Shown in pieces: positions 56,054 through 64,000 of a DNA stretch of 64,000 nt. The translations under genes and the position numbers were made by a program. Every line of letters starts with the position of its first letter. The stretch's first letter is position 1. A model generated the notes under the pieces. The model searched no databases. It had not been told where the DNA came from and was given only the letters and a program-made list of their open reading frames with translations. Source of the stretch: Anaeromyxobacter sp. (lineage in GTDB: Bacteria > Myxococcota > Myxococcia > Myxococcales > Anaeromyxobacteraceae); NCBI GenBank assembly GCA_049840735.1, contig JASGJN010000022.1, positions 448,001 to 512,000 on the forward strand, given 5' to 3'.

Positions 56054-56729
56054 ATGGGCCGCACCGCGCGCTTCATGCTCGTCGAGGAGGGGAGCTCCAA
56101 CCACTGCACGTGGAAGGCGCGCGACGACGAGAGAAATCCTGGACATGGTCGCCGGCGCCCGCGACGAGCTCCTGCGTCTGCTCGGACACTACAAGGAGCG
56201 GTACGGCATCCTCATCCGCTCCTACTGCCTGATGGGCAACCACCAGCACGTCGGGCTCACGACCACGCGCGGCCTGCAGGCGTTCAGCCGCTTCTGGCAG
56301 TGCGTGAACAAGCAGTTCGCGGACTCGATCAACCAGCAGACCGGACGCAAGGGCCAGGTCATCATGGAGCGCATGCGCTCGCCGCGCATGGACAACGACG
56401 AAGGCCACGTCGTACGGGTGATGCGCTACATCGACCAGAACCCGGTGGAGGCCGAGCTCGTCCGCTCGGCCAAGGACTGGAGGTACTCGAGCCACCGGCA
56501 CTACGCGCTGGGCGAGCCCGACCCGCTGCTCGACGACCCGCCGGAATACCTGGCGCTGGGGCGCACGCCCATCGAGCGCCGCAAGGCGTACCGCGCGCTG
56601 TTCGCGCAGCCGCTCGAGGAGGAGGCGCACCCGCCGGCTGGCGACGCCGCCGAGCCTGCCTCGGGCGACGTCGCTCCCAGGACCCCGAAGAAGGGCGAGG
56701 GGGGCGACCCGCCGCCGGACAGCTCGTGA
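56054..56729 (+). mobile_element. REP-associated tyrosine transposase (RAYT, Y1 HUH) (frameshift ~56135)
   Basis: SYCLMGNHQH (HUH), RYIDQNPVEAELV, WRYSS. Confidence 0.85.
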
Positions 56730-56752
56730 CCGCCGCGGCGGGCCCGGCCCCG

Positions 56753-57772
56753 TTACCTCCGCGCCGCCAGCAGCGCGTTCACCTTCTCCATCACCGCGAA
56801 GGCGTCCGCCACGTAGACGACGTCCGCCTTGCCGCGCGCCCAGCCGCAGCTCGCGTCCAGGTTCACGGCGCGCCGCTCGCGGATGAAGCGCCAGCCCACC
56901 ACGTGCGGCTCCTCGCCGTGGCAGCAGGTGGCGAGCCCCTTGGGGTGGCGCGGCGTGGAGCCGGTCTGGCCGACCTGGTTCAGGTGGGTCATGAAGTCGA
57001 GCACCGCGGCCCCCTCGCCGGCCTGGTCGGTGAGGGACTTGGAGGTGCCCAGCGACGCGCCGGCGGCGTGCAGGAAGCCCAGGATGAGCTGCCCGGCGCG
57101 ATCCGGGTGCGGCAGGCCGTCGGCCTGCTTCTTGGTCCAGCCCGCGCCCGCGACGAAGAGGAGCTTCGGCGTCGGGGCGGATGGTCTGCTCGCCGGAGGC
57201 CGGGGCGTGGAAGCCCTGGACGGTGGTCCGGGAGGCCGGGAGGTCCACCGCGACCGGCTGGGCCGCGGCGCTGCCGCCGCTGGCGCGCGGCTGCCGGGAA
57301 CGCGCCGGGATCGACCAGCAGCAGCCATGGGCGCTCGGTGCGAGCACAGCTTCGCCTCGATGCGCTGCTGGTAGTACCAGCGCGTCGCCGCCAGCGCGCC
57401 ACCTTCGGCGGCCAGCGCGGTGACGTGCGTGTCCACCCGGCCGCCCAGGCGCTGGGCCAGGCCGGCGGCGATCCGGCTCATGCGCGACAGCGCCGGGGCG
57501 ACGATCACGCTCGCCTGCGCGGCCCTGGCCAGCGCCGCGGCCGCGGCGGCGTCGGTGGCGTAGCGCGCGTCGGCCAGCGCGGGCGACTCAACGGTGAGGA
57601 CGTGCCCGGCACCTGCCGCTCCCAGCGCGGCGACGGCCGGGCCGGTGGCGGCGCCGAAGACGGCGGCCGTGACAGGCTGGCCCAGGGCGCGGGCGGCGGT
57701 GAGGGCCTCGAGCGAGGCGCGGGGGAGCGAGCCATCGGGCTCGATGGGGGTGAGGAGGAGGACGTTGTCCAT
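56753..57772 (-). CDS. etfA: electron transfer flavoprotein alpha subunit (compensating frameshifts ~57345 and ~57165)
   Basis: NQVGQTG, ADVVYVADA; follows etfB. Confidence 0.82.
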   Translation of the reverse strand: MDNVLLLTPIEPDGSLPRASLEALTAARALGQPVTAAVFGAATGPAVAALGAAGAGHVLTVESPALADARYATDAAAAAALARAAQASVIVAPALSRMSRIAAGLAQRLGGRVDTHVTALAAEGGALAATRWYYQQRIEAKLCSHRAPMAAAGRSRRVPGSRAPAAAAPRPSRSRWTSRPPGPPSRASTPRPPASRPSAPTPKLLFVAGAGWTKKQADGLPHPDRAGQLILGFLHAAGASLGTSKSLTDQAGEGAAVLDFMTHLNQVGQTGSTPRHPKGLATCCHGEEPHVVGWRFIRERRAVNLDASCGWARGKADVVYVADAFAVMEKVNALLAARR

Positions 57773-57787
57773 GGCGATCTCTCCGGG

Positions 57788-58591
57788 TCAGTCCTGCCCG
57801 ATCCACTCGACGAGCTCGCGGGCCATGTCGTCGGGGCTCATGTCTTTCACCACCCGCGTCTCGCGGGTCACCCTGGGCACCGTCACCGACTGGAAGGTGG
57901 CCCCCGGGCCGACCGGCGAGGCCGGCGCCTTCTGCAGCGCGGGCATCACCCCGCGCATGTTGGCCATGCCGATCTGCGGGTTGTTCTTGGGCTCGGGCAG
58001 GTTCCCGGTGGCCCAGCCGAGCACCGCCGGAGGGCCCTCGACCACCGAGACCTGGTGCCTGCCGCCCTCGACGCGCTCGAGGACGCGCAGCCCGCCCTCC
58101 ACCACCGTAAGCTCGTCCACGCCCTGGAACTGGTCGCCGATCTCCAGGAGCTCGCCGACCATCCCCAGCGTCACGCCCGCGCCGCGCGACCCCGACTCCC
58201 AGCCGCCGAAGAGCAGCAGCCGCGAGCGGTCCAGGCCCGGCAGCCCCCGGACGGCCGCCGCCAGCCGGCTGGCCACCTCGTGCGCGTCGGTGAAGCCGCT
58301 GGCCGGCCCGTCCAGCGCCACCAGCTCGAAGGGGACCTTCTGCCCCACCGCCATCATCACCTGCTGCAGCTTGGCCTTGGGCCCGAGCGCGAGCAGCGTG
58401 ACCTTGGTGCCGGGCACCTTGCCCGCCAGGGCCGCCGCCTCGTACAGCGCCTGGGCCGCCCAGGGGTCCAGGACGTGCGGCAGCATGGCCTCGTTCTTGA
58501 GGCCGGGGCCCTGCGGCGTGGCCACCGGCTCGAGGGTCTGCAGCGGATCGGGGACGATGCTCCCCAGGACGACGATTTGATAGCCGGACAT
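57788..58591 (-). CDS. etfB: electron transfer flavoprotein beta subunit
   Basis: IVPDP, LDPW..QAL, FGGWESGSRGAG, ERVEGG, LPEP. Confidence 0.82.
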   Translation of the reverse strand: MSGYQIVVLGSIVPDPLQTLEPVATPQGPGLKNEAMLPHVLDPWAAQALYEAAALAGKVPGTKVTLLALGPKAKLQQVMMAVGQKVPFELVALDGPASGFTDAHEVASRLAAAVRGLPGLDRSRLLLFGGWESGSRGAGVTLGMVGELLEIGDQFQGVDELTVVEGGLRVLERVEGGRHQVSVVEGPPAVLGWATGNLPEPKNNPQIGMANMRGVMPALQKAPASPVGPGATFQSVTVPRVTRETRVVKDMSPDDMARELVEWIGQD

Positions 58592-58603
58592 CCGGTTTCC
58601 CTT

Positions 58604-60482
58604 TCAGTTCTCCGCCGAGTGCAGGCCGCCCGTGCCGGCGCGGAAGGACAGGTTCACGCGGTCGGTGCCGGGCACGCGCGCCGTACAGCTCCACAGGCAG
58701 GCCCCGCAGTGCACGCACTTCTCGCGCTCGAACGAGGGCACCCCGCCCTCGCCCGGCCGGATGGCCTCGGCCCGAGCAGATCTCCACGCAGACCCGCTTG
58801 CCGCATGCCCGGCACAGCTCCGGATCCACGAACACCACGTGGTCGGCGTAGCCGGGCGCGGCCTGGACCTTGCCGCCCAGGAGCAGCGCGTCCTGCTGCG
58901 ACACCAGCAGCTTGCCGTCCAGCGGGACGGCCGGCCACCCGGCCCGGTCCATGAGCGCGTCGTGCAGCGGCACGCCCCGCGCCTCGCAGTCCGCCCGCAG
59001 CCGGGCAATCTCCTCGGCCGGGATCCGCCCCGCGTAGAACCCCTCCAGCGTGCCGACCTTCTCGGCCGGGTGCGGCGGCTCGTGGCCCAGCGACACCTTC
59101 CCGCCGGTCAGGCCGGAGAGCGCCATCCCCACGAGCCCGGTCACCACGCCGCGCTGGAAGCCGTCGCGCGCCTTCTCCGCCACGCGCCCCTCCGCCTCGA
59201 CCCAGCTGTCGCGCCGGCGGGTCACGTAGGCCGCCTCGAGCTGCTCGCGGGAGAAGGGCTGCCCGGCCTCGAGCAGCGCGATGACCGCCTCGCCCAGCTG
59301 GGCGCCGGTGGCGAAGGCCTCGTCCACGCCGGAGGAGGTGAGCACGTTGGTCGAGCCGGAGCCCTCGCCGATGCGGGCGAAGCCGTCGCCGGCCAGGAGC
59401 GGCTCGCCGCGCCGGCCGGACTCGAGGATCGACTTGGCGCCCCAGGAGCGCAGCGTGGAGTCCTTGAGCCAGCGCCAGAGGTAGGGGTGCTGCACGTAGT
59501 GCTGCAGGTAGCGGTAGCTGGTCCGCACCGGGGACTCGAACCAGCTCGGCACGAAGATGCCCACCGAGGCCACCCGGTCGGGGTGGACGTAGAGGAAGCC
59601 GAAGATCTCCGGCTCGGGGAAGCCGAAGGTGTGGAGCACGGTGCCGGGCACGAGCGGCGTGTCCTGGGGCAGGTCCACCACGAACTTCATGCCCACCGCC
59701 CAGTCGCGCCGGCCGTGGCTGCCGGGCATCCCCAGCGCCTCGTCCAGCTGCCGCCCCACCGCGCCCACCGGGCCGTCCGCCACCACGGTCAGCCCGGCGC
59801 GCACGTCCATGCCGGGCAGGTAGGCGGCGCCGTCAGGCCGCCCGGCCCGGTCCACGCCCTGGTCCAGCAGCCGCACGCCCTTCACGGCCTGCCCCTCCAC
59901 CAGCGCCCCGGCCACCGGCGTGCCCGGCCAGACCTGCACCGTGCCCGAGGCCATCACCTGGCCGGCCATCCACTGCATGAGCTGGCCCATGGAGAAGACG
60001 AAGCCGTCGCGCTTGTGCAGGAAGCCCGGCGTCCAGGGCAGCCGCAGCGCCTCGGCCTCCACCGGCAGCGCCTTGCGCAGCGCGCGGATGGTCCGGTCGG
60101 CGCCGCGCAGCGCGGCGGAGCGCCGGCTGGCGCCGATGGGATCGAGCAGGTAGAGCACCTCCTCGCGCGCCACCCTGGCCGCCATGGGGATCTGCGCCGG
60201 ATCCAGGTCCGGGAAGGCCTCCCGCAGCGAGCGGCCGCGGGTCACCACGCCGGAGACGCCGAAGCCGGTGTCGTCGGCCCGCTCGTAGCAGAGCACCTGG
60301 AGCGGCAGGCCCGGCGAGGCGCGGCTCTCCAGCGCCGGCTTCGACGGGTCGGCGAGCCGCCGCGACAGCGTGGTGAGGAAGCCGGCCGCGGCCGGTCCGA
60401 AGCCGACGCAGGCGATGTCCACCGCCATGCTGGCGCGCGCCGGCGCCTCGCCCTGCGTCCCCGTTCCCTCGACCGGATCCAT
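58604..60482 (-). CDS. ETF:quinone oxidoreductase / FixC-FixX fusion with C-terminal 4Fe-4S domain (frameshift ~58772)
   Basis: VGFGPAA FAD motif, WGAKSILESG, C-terminal CRAC..CVEIC and CVHCGAC. Confidence 0.82.
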
Positions 60483-60551
60483 GCCTGCCTCCCACCGCGA
60501 GCAGCGGCCCCGGCGGCTCGTGCCGGAGCCGCCGGATGGCCTGCCGTGCTG

Positions 60552-62786
60552 CTACGCCGGGTAGTCGAGCGCCTCGGGGATCATCACGTGCGCCAGCGCG
60601 TCGGCGGCGCGGTCCTTGGCCAGCATGGCCCCGGTCAGGCAGCCGTCCACCTTGGCGCGCAGGTGGCGGAAGTCGGTCATGCCCTTGCAGGAGGCGCAGG
60701 GCCCCTCCTTGTCCGGGTGATGGCCCTCGCCGTCCACCTCGTCCATGGCGCAGCCCGCCAGGCCGGGGAAGATGCCCTCCAGCGCCTCGGCGTAGGTCGC
60801 GTCCCAGCAGGCCTTGCGCCCGTCGGCGTCCCAGCTCGGGTGGCGGTTGTAGCCGTGGACCAGCTCGGCGCAGATGCGCCCCACCTCGCCGGCGGCGCGC
60901 GCCGTCTGCACGTGGCAGAGGTCGGCGAAGAACTGCGCCGTGCCCGGCAGCGCCTCGCCCAGCACCGCGCCGCCCTGGTCCGCCAGCGCCACCGCGTCCA
61001 TGACCTGCATGCGCGCCGCCACCAGCCAGCCCAGCGCGTCGGCCAGCTTGAAGGTCACGCCCTGCCGCGGCGACTGGTAGAGCCGCTGCCCGTCGGCGTC
61101 GGTGGCGCCCTCCAGGTGGCGGAAGGTCCAGAGCCACAGCTCGATGGCCGAGGCCAGCGCGCAGGCGCCGGTGCCGTGGTGCGTGGCGGCCACGTGCCGC
61201 AGCTCGCGCGCCCAGCCCTTGAGCTGCGCCAGCCAGAGCGGGTGGGCCATGGTCACCGAGAGCTGGCGGCGCTGCACCGCCTCCGGCCCCTCGTAGGTGG
61301 CCTCGAGCTGCGCGTCCATCCACTTCTGGCCCAGGAAGCCGGGGCAGTCCTCGGTGATGCCGTAGCCGCCCATGAGCGACACCGCCTCGCGCATCACGGT
61401 GGCGCCCACGCCGGTGTTCCAGAGCTTGGCGGCCGGGCAGAGCACGTTGGCCTGGGCGTCGAGCAGCGCGAAGCGGATCATCTCGTCCGCCTCCAGGGCC
61501 GCCAGCCGCGCCTCGTCCTGCTGGCCGCGCGGCCGGGCCCGCAGCTCGAGCAGCTCCAGCGCGGCCTGCTCCAGCCCCTTCATCCACTTCATGGTGGCCT
61601 TCATGCCGGAGATGCCCTGCTCCGCCAGCACCGCGTCCTTGCGCCGCTCCAGCGGGTCGAGCTCGTCGAAGAGCCGGGCGCCGCCGAAGCCCAGCGAGGC
61701 GGCGGCCTCGCCGGTGGCCCAGACCTCCACCAGGCGGTGGAGCGCGTCCTGGCGCTGCTGGATGCCCAGCTCGTAGCGGATGGAGCCGGGCGCGGCCTGC
61801 TCGGCGCCGCGGAAGCGGCCGCGCTGGTAGCGGATCACCGGCTCCACCGCGCTCAGGAGCTTCGCGGCGGTCATCACCGCCACGGTCACGCGCGTGCGCC
61901 GGAACACCGCCTCGATCACCGTCGAGTGATCGAAGTTCGGGATGATCACGCCGTCCTTCACGGTGTAGCCGCCCACGATGCGCGAGGCGGGGATGGTGAG
62001 GTTGAAGATGGGATCGTTGGTGGAGGAGAGCTGGTGGACCAGCTTCTTGGTGGGCGTGCCGCGGTCGAAGGTGCCCGGGTCGCCCTCCTCCAGGATCACC
62101 ATGCAGCTCCCCTTGATGCGGGGATCGGCCGAGTCCACCGCCGCGGTGACGAAGTTGGCGAAGCCCATGTTGGTGATGAAGCGGCCGCGCTTGTCCACGT
62201 GCAGCAGCGGCTCCTGCCCGTCCTTCCACTCCTTCACCGAGACCTTGCCGGAGAGCATGCCGGTGTCGACGCCGACGTAGGGGATGGGCTCGGTGAGCGC
62301 GAAGGCGGCGCGCCACGGCTTGCGGTCCTCGCCGGGCCTCGCCGGCGCGGCCAGGCTCATGTAGTGGCGGGTCTGCTCGGGCGTGCCGCGCTCGTGGATG
62401 GGCGAGAGCCCCAGGAAGCCGGCCAGCGCGCCGGTGGCCGCGCCGGCGTCCACCCAGGCCAGCTCGTAGGCGGCCAGCGCCAGGGCCAGGTTCTTGGGGC
62501 CGGCGATGAAGCCGCCCTCCTCCGGCTCCATGAAGGCGGCGGTGATGCCGGAGGCGTCGTAGGCCGCGAGCAGCTCCGCCTTGCGCTCGGTCCAGTCGTG
62601 GTCGTTCCGCCCGCCCTCGGCCACCAGCCGCGCCACCGGCCCGCGGGCCACGCCGCGCGCCGACTGCACCAGCATCTGGAGATCGAAGCGCTCGGCGAAG
62701 CGCCACATGACCTGGCGGACGTCGTCGCCGGGGAGCGTCCGGAGGGACTCGTGCTGCGCCTGCTGTGAGAGGGCTGCCGTGGGCAT
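60552..62786 (-). CDS. extended acyl-CoA dehydrogenase
   Basis: FALTEP, GRFITN, AAKLW, LMGGYG, TYEGPE; AGGAG SD before ATG 62786. Confidence 0.88.
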   Translation of the reverse strand: MPTAALSQQAQHESLRTLPGDDVRQVMWRFAERFDLQMLVQSARGVARGPVARLVAEGGRNDHDWTERKAELLAAYDASGITAAFMEPEEGGFIAGPKNLALALAAYELAWVDAGAATGALAGFLGLSPIHERGTPEQTRHYMSLAAPARPGEDRKPWRAAFALTEPIPYVGVDTGMLSGKVSVKEWKDGQEPLLHVDKRGRFITNMGFANFVTAAVDSADPRIKGSCMVILEEGDPGTFDRGTPTKKLVHQLSSTNDPIFNLTIPASRIVGGYTVKDGVIIPNFDHSTVIEAVFRRTRVTVAVMTAAKLLSAVEPVIRYQRGRFRGAEQAAPGSIRYELGIQQRQDALHRLVEVWATGEAAASLGFGGARLFDELDPLERRKDAVLAEQGISGMKATMKWMKGLEQAALELLELRARPRGQQDEARLAALEADEMIRFALLDAQANVLCPAAKLWNTGVGATVMREAVSLMGGYGITEDCPGFLGQKWMDAQLEATYEGPEAVQRRQLSVTMAHPLWLAQLKGWARELRHVAATHHGTGACALASAIELWLWTFRHLEGATDADGQRLYQSPRQGVTFKLADALGWLVAARMQVMDAVALADQGGAVLGEALPGTAQFFADLCHVQTARAAGEVGRICAELVHGYNRHPSWDADGRKACWDATYAEALEGIFPGLAGCAMDEVDGEGHHPDKEGPCASCKGMTDFRHLRAKVDGCLTGAMLAKDRAADALAHVMIPEALDYPA

Positions 62787-62982
62787 CGGGCGTTCTCCTG
62801 CGTGGAGCGCCGCTCGCATCGCGCGCTCCGGTGGTGCGGCGAACTTCGGGTGTGGACCCTGTGACGAAGCCTCGGGAGTGCACGGAGGCTAGCACCGGGT
62901 GACGGAGCGTGGAACGGCCGAGCAGCCGACGCGCCGCGTTGGCGCGGTCAGCAGGGGCGTAAACCACGCGAACTGATCGCCG

Positions 62983-63738
62983 TCATGGCGCGGCGGCGAA
63001 CTCCGCCACCACCGGCGCGTGATCGCTGGTGCCGAAGTCGGCGAGCACCGCGCAGCGGGTGACCCGCCGGGCGAGCGGCTCGCTGGCCAGCACGTAGTCG
63101 ATGCGCCAGCCGATGTTGCGCTGGCGCAGGTTCCGCCACGGCGCCCACCAGGTGAAGAGCCCTTCGTTCTGCGGATTGACGGCGCGCCCCACGTCCACCA
63201 GCCCGCAGGCCAGCAGCTGCTCCAGGAGCGCGCGCTCCTCCGGGAGCTGGCCGATGGCGCCGGCCTTGCGCTCCTTGGGGTGCACATCCTGCTCGGTGCG
63301 CGCCACGTTGAGGTCGCCGCAGAGGATCAGCTGGCGGCCGGCCGCCCTGGCCTCGGCGGCCCAGGCCACCAGCGCCTCGAGGAAGCGCAGCTTCGCGGCC
63401 AGGTCCTTGCCGCCGTTGGGCACGTAGATGGACGCGACCGTCACGCCGCCCGCCTCGGCGGTGGCGATGCGGGTCTCGTGATCGAAGGGCGGGTGGGCGA
63501 AGCGCGGGCCCTCCAGGGCCAGCTCGCGCCGGACGTGGAGCCCGACGCCCGAGTAGGCGGTCTCGCCGTGCCAGAGGCAGTGATACCCGGGCAGCTCGCA
63601 GAGGGCGGCGGGGACCTTGGACGGGGGCGCCTTGATCTCCTGGAGGCAGAGGACGTCGGGCGCCTCGCGCTCCAGGAAGGCCTGGACCTGCGCCTCGCGC
63701 GCCCGGATCCCGTTCACGTTCCAGGTGCTGATCTTCAC
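62983..63738 (-). CDS. xth: exodeoxyribonuclease III
   Basis: TWNVNGIRAR, LCLQEIK, YVPNG, GDLNVA, GWRIDY, SDHAP. Confidence 0.94.
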   Translation of the reverse strand: MKISTWNVNGIRAREAQVQAFLEREAPDVLCLQEIKAPPSKVPAALCELPGYHCLWHGETAYSGVGLHVRRELALEGPRFAHPPFDHETRIATAEAGGVTVASIYVPNGGKDLAAKLRFLEALVAWAAEARAAGRQLILCGDLNVARTEQDVHPKERKAGAIGQLPEERALLEQLLACGLVDVGRAVNPQNEGLFTWWAPWRNLRQRNIGWRIDYVLASEPLARRVTRCAVLADFGTSDHAPVVAEFAAAP

Positions 63739-63792
63739 GCCGCGACCTCCGGCCGGAGGTCTTAGCGCAGCCGTAATGGTTTTTCCGCCCTG

Positions 63793-64000
63793 AAAAGGCC
63801 TGCGCGCCGGTCCCTGCGGGGACAGGGGCGGCGCGCGGCGGGGTCGTTCAGGGAAGGAGCCCGGAGGCGGCCGTCGGGGAACGGCCGCCTCCAGGTGCTG
63901 CGTGGCTGCTCGGGGAAGCAGCTTGCTGCGTCCGCTGCGGGGACAGCGGGGTCCTGCGGTGCTGCATCGGGGAGTGCGTCTGCTGCGGCTGCGGTGCTGC
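63793..64000. ncRNA. candidate multi-hairpin structured RNA with invariant CGGGGA (+) / TCCCCG (-) loops, probably truncated by window end
   Basis: Five hairpins with different stems but identical hexaloops at 63817, 63875, 63911, 63938 and 63968. Confidence 0.6.

Overview
Very GC-rich chromosomal window whose gene content and intergenic repeats suggest an Anaeromyxobacter-like myxobacterium (inference). Housekeeping and metabolic genes include gpsA, a KefC-type K+ antiporter, an M3 peptidase, rnz, pirin, fadI/fadJ, selA, selB, an isolated nuoLMN block, hslO, xth and an acyl-CoA dehydrogenase/ETF-QO/EtfBA operon. The window also encodes a decaheme OmcA/MtrC-type lipoprotein and several signalling proteins. 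The most notable unannotated element is at 37167-37428 (- strand): tandem palindromic enhancer-like sites, a near-perfect sigma54 promoter and a ~75-nt hairpin RNA with a C8 loop and U9 tail. It lies directly downstream of a multi-GAF kinase/NtrC-type activator pair and next to nuoN, the genomic context I recall for the Pxr sRNA of Myxococcus. A second candidate structured RNA, five hairpins sharing an invariant hexaloop, sits at the window end. Other elements are a covarying REP family with a RAYT transposase, an HNH-element remnant with a G-rich tandem repeat, and a 196-bp structured duplication. About 13 single-base frameshifts, about half at GATC-derived sites, look like long-read errors rather than true pseudogenes.
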